A stretch of DNA of 64,000 nt, from the NCBI GenBank assembly GCA_046758505.1, contig JBHIAH010000002.1, forward strand, positions 59,312 through 123,311. The letters are read 5' to 3'. The position numbers and the translations under genes are program-made. Under the pieces are notes generated by a model. The model saw nothing but the letters and a program-made list of their open reading frames with translations, searched no databases and had not been told where the DNA came from. This DNA is from Candidatus Methylomirabilales bacterium. Its GTDB lineage: Bacteria > Methylomirabilota > Methylomirabilia > Methylomirabilales > CSP1-5. Shown here one piece after another: positions 31,139 to 40,726 of the stretch. Positions within the stretch are counted from its first letter, which is position 1. Each line of letters opens with the position of its first letter.

Positions 31139-32137
31139 CTACGACGCCAGACCGGCAACGGCCGCCAGCTCAGATGCCTCGGTGAATGCATGGGCGGCCA
31201 GCCACCGTTCGGCGTCAATCGCCGCCATCGCACCCGTGCCTGCAGCGGTGACCGCTTGCCGATACACATGGTCCTGGACATCACCGCAGGCAAAGACACC
31301 GGGCACGTTCGTATGGGTCGATCCAGGATGGATCACGATGTATCCCTGTTCGTCAAGCTCGACCCACCCCTCGAAGACATCCGTGTTCGGTTTGTGCCCG
31401 ATCGCGACAAACAGACCCTGCACGGGCAGGGTCGACGTCTTCCCGGTCTGCACATTCTTGAGCACGAGCCCCTCGACTTCGCGCTCCCCCAGCACATCGT
31501 GAACCACCGTGTTCCACACAAAGGTGATCTTCGCATTGGCCGAGGCGCGCTGTTGCATGAACCTCGAGGCACGCAATCGGCCACGCCGGTGTATGACATG
31601 CACCCGGGAGGCAAAGCGGGCAAGAAACAGGGCTTCTTCCATCGCGGCATCCCCTCCTCCGACAACGGCCACTTCCTGCCCGCGGAAGAACGCCCCGTCA
31701 CAGGTTGCACATGCCGAGACACCGCGCCCCAGGAGCCGCCGCTCGTTCTCCAGCCCAAGGTGCTTCGCAGATGCCCCCGTCGAAATGATCACCGCGTCAG
31801 CCAGCACCGGTTTCTCCCCCTCCACCAAGAGGCGAAACGGCCGCCGGGAAAAGTCAACCGCCGTCACCATACCGGAGCGGAGATCTGCGCCGAACCGGAC
31901 TGCTTGGGCTTCAAAATGCTGCATCAAGTCCGGTCCGAGGATGCCATCGGGAAAGCCCGGGTAGTTCTCGACCGCCGTCGTGGTGATGAGTTGGCCCCCC
32001 GGCTCCGGCCCCGAAAGTACCAGCGGATTGAGGTTGGCCCGCGCTGCATAGACTCCTGCTGTGAGACCGGCGGGACCGGTTCCGATGATCACTATCGACC
32101 GATGCTCGGCTTTGGAAAAATCTACATCGTTTCTCAC
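31139..32137 (-). CDS. trxB: thioredoxin-disulfide reductase
   Basis: VIIGTGPAGLTAGVYAAR, redox centre GVSACATCDGAFF, VVGGGDAAMEEALFL and GVFACGDV. Confidence 0.92.
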   Translation of the reverse strand: MRNDVDFSKAEHRSIVIIGTGPAGLTAGVYAARANLNPLVLSGPEPGGQLITTTAVENYPGFPDGILGPDLMQHFEAQAVRFGADLRSGMVTAVDFSRRPFRLLVEGEKPVLADAVIISTGASAKHLGLENERRLLGRGVSACATCDGAFFRGQEVAVVGGGDAAMEEALFLARFASRVHVIHRRGRLRASRFMQQRASANAKITFVWNTVVHDVLGEREVEGLVLKNVQTGKTSTLPVQGLFVAIGHKPNTDVFEGWVELDEQGYIVIHPGSTHTNVPGVFACGDVQDHVYRQAVTAAGTGAMAAIDAERWLAAHAFTEASELAAVAGLAS

Positions 32138-32155
32138 GACACGCTCCTGCCCGCA

Positions 32156-32497
32156 CTAGACCCGCTGGAGGATGGCGTCGAGCTTGTCGGCGAGCACCCT
32201 CTTTGGGACCACGCCGATGACCTGATCCACGACCCGGCCGTCCTCGAAAAACAGAAGTGCTGGAATGGACCGGATACCATACTGGGCAGCAATGCGAGGA
32301 TTGTGGTCCACGTTCACCTTGGCCACTTTAGCCTGGCCTTCAAAACCCGCCGCCAGCTCCTCGATCACCGGGGCGATCGCCCGGCACGGCCCGCACCAGC
32401 TCGCCCAGAAATCGACCAGAACGGGCGCAGAACTTTCAAGCACCTCGGTCTGGAAGTTCTCGTCGGTCAGTGTGATGTACCTCGTATTCTCCGCCAT
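32156..32497 (-). CDS. trxA: thioredoxin
   Basis: VLVDFWASWCGPCRAIAPVIEEL. ATG at 32497 has GGAGGA upstream. The listed start at 32527 adds 10 unlikely residues. Confidence 0.9.
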   Translation of the reverse strand: MAENTRYITLTDENFQTEVLESSAPVLVDFWASWCGPCRAIAPVIEELAAGFEGQAKVAKVNVDHNPRIAAQYGIRSIPALLFFEDGRVVDQVIGVVPKRVLADKLDAILQRV

Positions 32498-32692
32498 CGT
32501 CCTGTCCTCCGTTCCGCACCGAGACAAGGGTCGACCTTCTGGATCGACTATGCCAGATCTTCCCGTGTCGGTTCCGAGCCGACCTTGCCTCGTCGGTCAC
32601 GTCACACCATCGTTTATCTGAAATCATCGCTGGGGACAGAATTGCTCAACCCACACGGGATGAGCGTCCCCGCCCAAGACTGGCGGGCCCGA

Positions 32693-32848
32693 TCATGCAC
32701 GGCTCTTGCCCGTTCCACGAACTGGGGAGCCAGGCGTGCCCCTGAGAGACCTGGCCGTCTCATAGGCCCAGCTTCCCAGGAGCACAACGCTCAAGCTTCC
32801 GTAGAGAATGATGAAAGTCAGGATGAACATCGTATACCAGAGTTTCAT
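32693..32848 (-). CDS. hypothetical 51-aa single-pass membrane protein
   Basis: MKLWYTMFILTFIILYGSLSVVLLGSWAYETARSL..., with AAGGA upstream of the ATG at 32848. Embedded in a longer listed ORF (to 33157) whose upstream part looks non-coding. Confidence 0.35.
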   Translation of the reverse strand: MKLWYTMFILTFIILYGSLSVVLLGSWAYETARSLRGTPGSPVRGTGKSRA

Positions 32849-32894
32849 GGCTCGTTCCTTTATGTGGTATGGGGTAATGCCCCCTCTGTTTCCG

Positions 32895-33167
32895 TTATGC
32901 AACGTCAGCGGTCGCGATCGCCTGCCCCGCCTTCCTCCAGGTCTGCCTCGTCTCCAGCAACTCCTCGTGGGGAGCAAACCGGCGGACGGTAAAGCCGCAC
33001 ACTGTACAGCGTTGATACACAAAAGGCCATCCATGTCCGTCTTGGACGCCACCCACCCGTCTGGTGGAAGATGAACAACATCGGCTGGGGGACGGGGGGG
33101 AGATAATCTTTGCCGGGTAGGCATTGACGGCTTTCCGCTGAGCGCTGTACTCCACAATGGTCGCCAT
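32895..33167 (-). CDS. hypothetical Cys-rich small protein
   Basis: ATG at 33167 is preceded by GGAGGG at 7 nt. MATIVEYSAQRKAVNAYPAKII...SRCC...WPFVYQRCTVCGFTVRRF has four Cys (CC ... CxxC), possibly metal-binding. Confidence 0.4.
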   Translation of the reverse strand: MATIVEYSAQRKAVNAYPAKIISPPSPSRCCSSSTRRVGGVQDGHGWPFVYQRCTVCGFTVRRFAPHEELLETRQTWRKAGQAIATADVA

Positions 33168-33361
33168 CGGTTTTCCCTCCAGGCTCGTACTGCCCTTATC
33201 TCGCTTGCCCATATGACCCTTTCGTCAGTCCTTCTCTCCCGAGCCTTTACCCTATTAGATGCACTTCAGCGCCATGAGGTTTCACAAAAATTAAATCAGG
33301 ACGGTGCCCACGGCTCACATTCTTGCAGAGGGGCGAATTATCGCGAGGGGCCTCAAGGGAG

Positions 33362-33390
33362 TTGCCAGGCGCTGGGCCGCATGGTATATA
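33362..33390 (+). promoter_or_regulatory. sigma70-type promoter upstream of glgP
   Basis: TTGCCA (33362-33367), 17-nt spacer, TATATA (33385-33390). Implies a leader of about 100-120 nt. Confidence 0.45.
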
Positions 33391-33515
33391 TCTTGCTTTT
33401 GAAGAATGGGGGGTACGCACCCGGGAGTCCCGCGCGACCCAGCCTGCGCCCCAGCGCCGCTCCCGCAGCACATTTCATGTCGACGGGGAGGTTCCGAGTG
33501 AACACAGAGCCTGCG

Positions 33516-35225
33516 ATGTCCAGGAAATCGACCCAACCCCGCACCGTCGCTTATTTTTCCATGGAGGTAGGCCTTGACCCCGCCATCCCCACATACAGCG
33601 GCGGCCTGGGCGTGCTGGCCGGGGACACCTTACGGTCCGCCGCCGACTTGGGCGTGCCCATGGTGGGCGTAACCCTCCTCCATCGGAAAGGGTACTTCCA
33701 CCAACACCTGGACACCTGGGGGAACCAATCGGAGACGCCGGCCCTTTGGTCTCCGGAAGAGATCCTGGAACCCGTGCCGGCCCGCGCGGCGGTGGCCATC
33801 GAAGGGCGGCAGGTGCACGTCCGCGCGTGGCGGTACGTCGTGCGAGGCATATCCGGGCATACCCTCCCCGTCTATTTTCTCGACACGGCCCTGCCCGAAA
33901 ACAGCCCGTGGGATCAAGCGCTCACGGACCATCTCTACGGCGGAGATCATCATTACCGCCTGTGTCAGGAAGTGGTCCTGGGACTGGGCGGGGTGGCCAT
34001 GCTGCGCGCCGCCGGGCATGACACCGTCGGGGTCTACCACATGAACGAGGGGCACTCGGCGCTCCTCAGCCTGGCCTTGTTCGAGCGGCAGATGGAGGGG
34101 CGGGATCCGAGCGAGGTCACCGATCAGGACGTGGAGGCCGTCCGCCGCCAGTGTGTGTTTACCACCCACACGCCCGTCCCCGCAGGCCACGATCAGTTCG
34201 CCGCCGAGGTGGTCCGTCAGGTGCTGGGGCCGGAGGGGGTCGCTGCCCTCGAGGCAACGCAATGCTGCACGAACGGTACCCTGAACATGACATACCTGGC
34301 CGTGCGGTTTGCCCATTACATCAACGGGGTGGCCATGCGGCACGGAGAGATTTCCAACGGCATGTTTCCACAGTACCCGATCGACGCGATCACCAATGGT
34401 GTCCATGCGGTCACCTGGACAGCACCGCCCTTCCGGAACCTGTACGACCGGCGCATCCCCGAGTGGCGGTATGACAACCTCTACCTGCGGTACGCGGTGG
34501 GCATTCCCCTGCACGAAATCCGAGAGGCCCACGCCGAGGCCAAGCGGGAACTCCTGAGCCAGGTGGCCAAGCGAACGAACCGGCACCTCGACGCGGCGGT
34601 ATTGACCCTCGGTTTCGCGCGACGGGCCACCCCCTACAAACGGGCAGACTTGTTGTTCTCCGACCTGGATCGCCTCAAGAATATCGCGCGGCGGGTCGGC
34701 CCCTTGCAGGTCATTTACGCAGGCAAGGCCCATCCCCGGGATGAAGGCGGCAAAGCCATCATCCGCCGCATCTTCGAGGCAGCAGCTGAATTGGGGGATG
34801 ACGTACACGTCGTGTATCTGGACAATTACGACATGGCGTTGGCCCAGCAGCTCTGTGCCGGCGTGGATCTGTGGTTGAACACCCCCCTAAGGCCGCGGGA
34901 GGCCTCGGGCACGAGCGGCATGAAGGCCGCCCTCAACGGCGTACCGAGCCTGAGCGTCCTGGATGGGTGGTGGGTCGAAGGCCACGCGGAAGGCGTGACC
35001 GGATGGGCCATCGGTAATGGTCGCGAGCCCTCGGGAGATTCCTCCAGTGAGATTGCCTCGCTCTATGACAAACTCGAGCGCGTCATCCTTCCCCTCTTCT
35101 ACGGACGGCCCGACGCCTTCGGCGGTGTCATGCGCTCGGCCATTGCGGTGAACGGGTCATTTTTCAACACCCAACGCATGCTGACCCAGTACCTGAGAAA
35201 TGCCTACTTTCCCACCAACGGATAA
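33516..35225 (+). CDS. glgP: alpha-glucan phosphorylase (GT35, short alpha-glucan-family type)
   Basis: RTVAYFSMEVGLDPAIPTYSGGLGVLAGDTLRSAADLGVPMVGVTLLHRKGYF, HMNEGHSALL and EASGTSGMKAALNGVPSLSVLDGWW (PLP-Lys region). An alternative GTG start at 33498 has GGAGG 6 nt upstream. The listed start at 33213 is an over-extension. Confidence 0.88.
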   Translation: MSRKSTQPRTVAYFSMEVGLDPAIPTYSGGLGVLAGDTLRSAADLGVPMVGVTLLHRKGYFHQHLDTWGNQSETPALWSPEEILEPVPARAAVAIEGRQVHVRAWRYVVRGISGHTLPVYFLDTALPENSPWDQALTDHLYGGDHHYRLCQEVVLGLGGVAMLRAAGHDTVGVYHMNEGHSALLSLALFERQMEGRDPSEVTDQDVEAVRRQCVFTTHTPVPAGHDQFAAEVVRQVLGPEGVAALEATQCCTNGTLNMTYLAVRFAHYINGVAMRHGEISNGMFPQYPIDAITNGVHAVTWTAPPFRNLYDRRIPEWRYDNLYLRYAVGIPLHEIREAHAEAKRELLSQVAKRTNRHLDAAVLTLGFARRATPYKRADLLFSDLDRLKNIARRVGPLQVIYAGKAHPRDEGGKAIIRRIFEAAAELGDDVHVVYLDNYDMALAQQLCAGVDLWLNTPLRPREASGTSGMKAALNGVPSLSVLDGWWVEGHAEGVTGWAIGNGREPSGDSSSEIASLYDKLERVILPLFYGRPDAFGGVMRSAIAVNGSFFNTQRMLTQYLRNAYFPTNG

Positions 35226-35336
35226 GAAGCGGCTTTCTCTCCCACCACTGTCTTCCTATCCTCGCCTCGGCCGGGGCCGAAGAACCCCAGGATAAGGAAA
35301 CGCGTTCCGGGCGTTCCGCTCTCGGGCCGAGGCATA

Positions 35337-36377
35337 TCAGGGTACCTTCTTCCGGCTCGGGTCCCTCCGCCTCTCGGGCTTTTTCGGGAGGACGGGTTCA
35401 CTCTGAAGCCAACCACGCCGGGCGAACCAGCGAAGCATCACCACGGGCACCGCCACGATGGATGTGACGGTGAGCACGAAGAGAACCGGGTTCTTCCACG
35501 GAATGTGCTCGAAGTTCATCCCGAAAAATCCCGTGATGACGCTGAGGGGGAGGAAGATGGTGGCCATGATCGTGAGCTGTCGCATGATATCGTTCATGCG
35601 GTTCGACACGGCCGAGAGATACACCTCGACCGTGGTCGCCACCAGGTCCCGGCAGGTTTCCACGATCTCGGAAGCTCGGATCAGGTGGTCGTAGACGTCG
35701 CGGAAGTAGAGGGCGCTCTTCGGATCGAGCAGGGGGTAGTCGCGCCGGCTCAGGCCGTTGAAGACCTCGCGAAGGGGGCTCAGGGACTTGCGAAGATGAA
35801 TCAGGGTGCGCTTGTACGCGAAGAGACGCCGAAGGAGGGCGGGGCGCGCGGCGATCAGCACCCGGTCCTCGAGGTCGTCGATCTCCTCTTCGAGTCGGTC
35901 GAGGAACGGGAAGAACTGGTCGACGACGCTGTCGGCCAGGAAGTGGAGAAGGAATCCCGCAGGTTGCGTCAAGAGGACGGGCTCCTGGCGGAGTCGCTCA
36001 TGGAGTTTGCTCACCGCCTCGCTGTCCCGTTGATGGACCGTCACTAAAGCCTGGGGCGTCGCATAGACATAGATCTCATCCAAGTCCTCAACATCACACG
36101 AGTTATCAATCCCTTGGGGAAGCGCGTGGAGAACCAGGAAGAGATAGCCGTCATACGACTCCAGCTTCGGACGCTGGCCCCCGTGCAGGCAATCCTCGAT
36201 GGTAAGCGGATGAAACCCGAAGCACCGCCCGACCGTTTCCATCTCCTCCACGCCCGGACCGGTGAGGTCAACCCAGAGCCGGCCCTCAAGCTCGGCGACC
36301 CAGGAGTGCAGGGAGGTCATGTCCTTTGTCTCCTCGAGCCTTCCGTCGGATTGACAGCGCGCGATTGTCAACATCAC
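35337..36377 (-). CDS. corA: CorA family magnesium/cobalt transporter
   Basis: Two C-terminal TM helices with the signature GFFGMNFEHIPW (GMN motif). N-terminal cytoplasmic domain has HPLTIEDCLH. Confidence 0.88.
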   Translation of the reverse strand: MMLTIARCQSDGRLEETKDMTSLHSWVAELEGRLWVDLTGPGVEEMETVGRCFGFHPLTIEDCLHGGQRPKLESYDGYLFLVLHALPQGIDNSCDVEDLDEIYVYATPQALVTVHQRDSEAVSKLHERLRQEPVLLTQPAGFLLHFLADSVVDQFFPFLDRLEEEIDDLEDRVLIAARPALLRRLFAYKRTLIHLRKSLSPLREVFNGLSRRDYPLLDPKSALYFRDVYDHLIRASEIVETCRDLVATTVEVYLSAVSNRMNDIMRQLTIMATIFLPLSVITGFFGMNFEHIPWKNPVLFVLTVTSIVAVPVVMLRWFARRGWLQSEPVLPKKPERRRDPSRKKVP

Positions 36378-36565
36378 CCCCCCCGTTCACAGACACATCT
36401 CAGCCCCGAGTAAATTAGCGCTTCCCGTACCGTTGCTGCGATTCCCGGATGACCCTCACCGCCACATCATGCTCTTCCACACCCTCGGCCCCGGTCTTCG
36501 TCGCCTGCAGGGCCCTACCGACGGAGAAGAAATGCTTGACCTCCCCAACAAGATGGAATCCGGTG

Positions 36566-38566
36566 CTAACTCCTTTCCTCCGTCTCGTTGAGGAGGGCCA
36601 AGGCCCGTTCCACCTGCTGCCGGCTCCCGACGACGACGAGGACCTGCCCGGCGGCAATTCGGTGCTCCGGCCCGGGGTTGGCGGTAACCTTGCCGTCCTG
36701 GATCACCGCCACCACCGAGGCCCCGGTGCGACGTCGGATGTGCAAATCCCCGATGGTCTTGCCCGTGGTGGGGACGGCCTCGCGGGCCAAATATGTCTCC
36801 ATCTCGACCTGCGCAAAGAGCCGGGCCACGTCTGTCTCTGCCAACGGAGGCGCCTGGAGTTGGCGAAGCATCTCGTATCTCTCCCGGCGGACCTTGTCCA
36901 CCTGCTCCCCGACTATCGCCCGGGGAATATGATACCGGCGCAGGACGCGGGCAAAGATCTCGATAGAGGTCTCGAATTCCTCTGCGATCACTTCGTCGGC
37001 GCCCAGACGGTACAGCTCGTCGATTTCAACCTCGTACTGGGTCCGGACGAGGATGTGAAGGTGGGGATTCTGTTCCCGCGCCAGCCGGACCGCCCGACGG
37101 ATCGACCCGGGATCGGAGATCGCCACCACCAGAGACCGGGCGCACTGGATGGCTAGGTGTCTCAAGACCTCGGGGCTGGAGACGTCCCCATAAAAGATCG
37201 GTTCCCCCACCCGCCGCATCCGTCTGACTGTCTCGCCGTTGAGTTCCAGGATGCAATAGGGAATCTCGGTTGCCTTCAGGACGCGCGAGAGGTTCCGACC
37301 GGTGGGGCCGTACCCCACGATGATTACGTGGTCACGGAGTGCCACCTGCCCCGGTCTCAACTCCTCGAAGCTGCGCCCCGGAAACCACCGTTCGACCCGC
37401 CGCAGGCGGCCTATCCACCCTGCCAGCTTGGGACTCGTTTGAATCACGAAGGGTGTGAGGAGAAGACTCACCACCGCGGCAGAGAGGAAATACTGATTGA
37501 GTTTCGGAGTGATAAGCCCCCACTCCCACCCCACCCGGGACAGGACGAAGGAAAACTCGCCCACCTGGGCGAGGGCGCCCCCCACCAAGACCGCCACGCG
37601 AAGCGGATAGCCAAGCACCAGGACACTCCCCGCAGCGACGACCGTCTTTCCGATCAGGATCGCCGAAAGCGTCCCCGCCACCTCCAGGGGGTGGGTCACG
37701 AGCGTCCGAACATCCATCAGCATCCCGATGGAAATAAAAAACAGGCTGATAAAACTATCCCGAAGGGGAAGGATGTTTGCCAGGGTTTGATAGCTATACT
37801 CCGATTCGGCGATAACCATGCCGGCCAGAAAGGCTCCTAGGGCCAGGGACAGACCGATCTGAGAGGTGGCCCAGGCCGTCCCGAGGCAAATGAGGATAAT
37901 CGAGATGATGAAGACTTCGGGACTCCTGATCTTTACCACTTCAAAGAGGATCCGCGGGACCAGAAAACGGGAGAGGAGGAAGACCAGGCTCACGGTGAAG
38001 GCCAGCTTGCCGATGACCCAGAGGACGGCAACGGCGCCCGTCGTCTCATCCCCGCCCAAGAGAGGGGTGAGGAGCATCATGGGCACGACGCACAGGTCCT
38101 GGAAGAGCAGGATCCCGACGGCAAAGCGTCCTTGCGGCGAATCGATCTCTCCTCGGTCCATCAAAATCTTGAGGACGATGGCCGTACTCGACAAGGCAAG
38201 GAGAAACCCGAAGAAGACCGCCTGCGCCGGCGGCAGACCCAAAAGCCAGGCCCCTCCGGCGGTGAGGAGGATGGTCCCCAGAACTTGAACGCTCCCGCCT
38301 ACCAGAACCAGCTGCCGCATCTGGTTCAGCTTGGAGATAGAGAACTCCAGGCCGATGGTGAACAGGAGGAGCACCACGCCGATCTCCGCTAACAACTCCA
38401 CCTGATGCACCTCGGCGATGAGGCTGAACCCGTACGGACCTATCAGGATCCCCGAGGCCAGAAACCCCACGATGGTCGGTTGCCGGAGCCGGTGGAAGAG
38501 AAACACCACCAGCGTAGACACGCCGAAAACCAGCACCAGATCTTTGAGAAACCCTAACTGTTCCAT
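36566..38566 (-). CDS. CPA2 family monovalent cation:proton antiporter with RCK (TrkA-N/TrkA-C) domains, Kef-like
   Basis: About 390 aa of multi-TM Na_H-exchanger-like domain. Then a Rossmann VIIVGYGPTGRNLSRVL and a C-terminal TrkA-C (GKTIGDLHIRRRTGASVVAVIQDG). Confidence 0.85.
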   Translation of the reverse strand: MEQLGFLKDLVLVFGVSTLVVFLFHRLRQPTIVGFLASGILIGPYGFSLIAEVHQVELLAEIGVVLLLFTIGLEFSISKLNQMRQLVLVGGSVQVLGTILLTAGGAWLLGLPPAQAVFFGFLLALSSTAIVLKILMDRGEIDSPQGRFAVGILLFQDLCVVPMMLLTPLLGGDETTGAVAVLWVIGKLAFTVSLVFLLSRFLVPRILFEVVKIRSPEVFIISIILICLGTAWATSQIGLSLALGAFLAGMVIAESEYSYQTLANILPLRDSFISLFFISIGMLMDVRTLVTHPLEVAGTLSAILIGKTVVAAGSVLVLGYPLRVAVLVGGALAQVGEFSFVLSRVGWEWGLITPKLNQYFLSAAVVSLLLTPFVIQTSPKLAGWIGRLRRVERWFPGRSFEELRPGQVALRDHVIIVGYGPTGRNLSRVLKATEIPYCILELNGETVRRMRRVGEPIFYGDVSSPEVLRHLAIQCARSLVVAISDPGSIRRAVRLAREQNPHLHILVRTQYEVEIDELYRLGADEVIAEEFETSIEIFARVLRRYHIPRAIVGEQVDKVRRERYEMLRQLQAPPLAETDVARLFAQVEMETYLAREAVPTTGKTIGDLHIRRRTGASVVAVIQDGKVTANPGPEHRIAAGQVLVVVGSRQQVERALALLNETEERS

Positions 38567-38902
38567 CGTGCTATCGAAGGCATGGAGATGTTAAAGGCTG
38601 CTGCTGCAGGATCCACTCCCCTTCAGGCATGTCCTCGCCCGCGAGAAGGCCCGGGAACCGCGTCCCCGGACGAACCACCCCCCTACCGAGGAGGGCTCCC
38701 CGTGGGGGGCCACGGGCGAACCGTCTGGCCGCACAATGTGCAGTTATAGTGCCAGTGGGAACACCGACCCTTTACGGTGTGGAAAAACGGGTACTTGCGG
38801 AGCAGGGAAAGGGGCAATGGACCGCGCGTTTGGAAACAGCACATGCTCGTCGCTCAGCCCCGGGTTGAGACGTCGGACTACGAGCCGTTACGGCAACTCC
38901 TC

Positions 38903-39907
38903 CTACGCGCGAAGCAGGGAGGCGCACCGTGCGGCTCCATAGAGTGCCGTCTTGGGGTCTAGGATAACGCGCACCGGCATGGCTTCGAGGAGCGGTGAGA
39001 GTCGGCCCTTGTCGGTAAAGGCCGCCATGAAGGTGCCGTCCTTGAGCTGATCGAGGATTTTGGGGGCGATGCCGCCACCGACATAGACCCCGCCCGTAGC
39101 CAAGGCCTTGAGCGCCAGGTTCCCCGCCTCCGCTCCATAGAGAGAGACGAAGAGATGGAGGGCCCTGACACAGAGATCGCTCTTCCCCTGCATGGCTGCC
39201 TCGGTGATGACCGTACTCGGATCCTGCCCTTGGAATTCCTCCACCAGCCAGGGTGGCTCCTGCGCATACCCCGCCTCCTTGAGAAACGAATAGATGTTGA
39301 AGATGCCGGGGCCGGAGAGGACCCGCTCGTAGCTCACCCGGTGAAACCGACTGAGCAGGTACTGCAGGAGCCTAATCTCCAGCGCGTTACGCGGGGCCAG
39401 GTCGGCGTGCCCCCCCTCCGAGGAGACCGCCCGGTACGCCTCCCCGTCCCAGAAGAGGATCGCCTCTCCTAGGCCCGTCCCGGCGGCGATCAAAGCCATG
39501 TTTCCCTGGGAGTGGGACTGTCCTTCGTTCAGGACACAAACCTCGTTGGGCCCAAGGACCGGGACCCCGTAGGCCGTGGCGACGAGATCGTTGATCACCG
39601 AAACCTGCTTGACTTCCAGGATGCGCCCCAGGTCCCGCTCATCGATCACCCAGGGCAGATTGGTCGCCTCGCAGCGCCCCTCAACCACCGGCCCGGCTAC
39701 TCCAAAGCAAGCGGCCGTGATGTGACCCTCGCTGCCTGGTGATGGGTGGCCTGTCGCTTCATCCAAGAATGCACGGATCAGCTCTTCGAGCCCCGGGTAG
39801 TCCTTGCTCGCCAAGGTTCGCTCGACGCGAGGCGAGAGGTGATCACCCCGCACGGTAAAAAGTGCGATATTGCTTTTCGTCCCCCCGATGTCGCCTGCAA
39901 GAATCAT
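38903..39907 (-). CDS. glk: glucokinase
   Basis: MILAGDIGGTKSNIALF..., AACFGVAGPV, and GGVYVGGGIAPKIL. Its ATG overlaps the pgl TGA (ATGA at 39904-39907). Confidence 0.88.
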   Translation of the reverse strand: MILAGDIGGTKSNIALFTVRGDHLSPRVERTLASKDYPGLEELIRAFLDEATGHPSPGSEGHITAACFGVAGPVVEGRCEATNLPWVIDERDLGRILEVKQVSVINDLVATAYGVPVLGPNEVCVLNEGQSHSQGNMALIAAGTGLGEAILFWDGEAYRAVSSEGGHADLAPRNALEIRLLQYLLSRFHRVSYERVLSGPGIFNIYSFLKEAGYAQEPPWLVEEFQGQDPSTVITEAAMQGKSDLCVRALHLFVSLYGAEAGNLALKALATGGVYVGGGIAPKILDQLKDGTFMAAFTDKGRLSPLLEAMPVRVILDPKTALYGAARCASLLRA

Positions 39908-40674
39908 GTCTCCCGTGCTCCGGGAAGGGTAAGTTCTTTCGCAGCCGCACGATCAACAATGAACCAGAGCTTCCCACTCACCGGCTGAATACGCTGTGCC
40001 GGCAACCGCTCTGGCCCGCGCTTGTCCCCAAGCACCCCTCTCAACACCGACGCCTTGGCCTCTCCCGCGACCACGAACACCACGCTGGCCGCGCGATTGA
40101 TCACGGGTACGGTCAGCGTGAGACGGACTGTGCCGTGCTGCTCCACATCTGTGCTGGCGACCAGACGCTCGGTCTCGGCCAGCGCTGCCGTCCCCGGGAA
40201 AAGCGATGCCGTATGCCCATCCTGGCCCAGCCCCAGCAAGATCAGGTCGAAACGCGGGAACTCGCCGACATCCACCTCAAAGAACGCCCTGAGGGTCGTC
40301 TCATACTCGGCGCCTGCCCGGGCGGGATCCTCGTCCTCGGCGGGCATCCGGTGCACGTTGTGCTGCGGAATCGGGACCCGGTCGAGCAGGAGCTCCCGCA
40401 CCATGCGATAGTTGCTCTCCGGATGGTCCGGCGGGACGCACCGCTCATCCCCCCAGAAGAGATGCACCCTCGACCAAGACACCTGCGGCCGAAATTGATC
40501 GCCCGCCAACAGGGTATAAAGCCCCTTCGGGGTTGCGCCACCCGAGAGTGCCACTGTGAAGCGCCCCGACGACGAGACGGCGGTGTCAGCCAGTCGAACG
40601 AACAACTCCGCTGCGCGGCGGCTCATCTCGTGCAGATCGCGGCACACCAGAAGTTCGGTTCGTCCCCCTCTCAT
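39904..40674 (-). CDS. pgl: 6-phosphogluconolactonase
   Basis: FTVALSGGATPKGLYTLL, VHLFWGDERCVPPDHPESNY, and ILLGLGQDGHTASLFPG. ATG at 40674 chosen. The listed TTG start at 40722 abuts the opcA stop. Confidence 0.88.
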   Translation of the reverse strand: MRGGRTELLVCRDLHEMSRRAAELFVRLADTAVSSSGRFTVALSGGATPKGLYTLLAGDQFRPQVSWSRVHLFWGDERCVPPDHPESNYRMVRELLLDRVPIPQHNVHRMPAEDEDPARAGAEYETTLRAFFEVDVGEFPRFDLILLGLGQDGHTASLFPGTAALAETERLVASTDVEQHGTVRLTLTVPVINRAASVVFVVAGEAKASVLRGVLGDKRGPERLPAQRIQPVSGKLWFIVDRAAAKELTLPGARET

Positions 40675-40726
40675 TGTGCGCCACGGCGGGGTCCAAGACA
40701 CCCTAGTCCGACTCCCCCCCAACTCC

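Noticed and set aside
36415-36657. 80-aa ORF between the kef-like gene and corA.
   Set aside because: It overlaps the kef 3' end. The non-overlapping part has no start codon with an SD and no recognisable motif. The region more likely holds the corA promoter and leader. An M-box was considered, but no match to the remembered consensus was seen.
38567-38902. The 336-nt non-coding gap upstream of the Kef-like K+ antiporter, considered as a c-di-AMP (ydaO-type) riboswitch because of G-rich motifs (GGGGGGTGGTTCG, CCGGGGACGCGG) and a CCCGTGG/CCACGGG hairpin.
   Set aside because: Motif order and the ACCCG-type conserved segments do not match what I recall of the ydaO consensus. This cannot be decided without a covariance-model search (Rfam ydaO-yuaA). 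Left unannotated.
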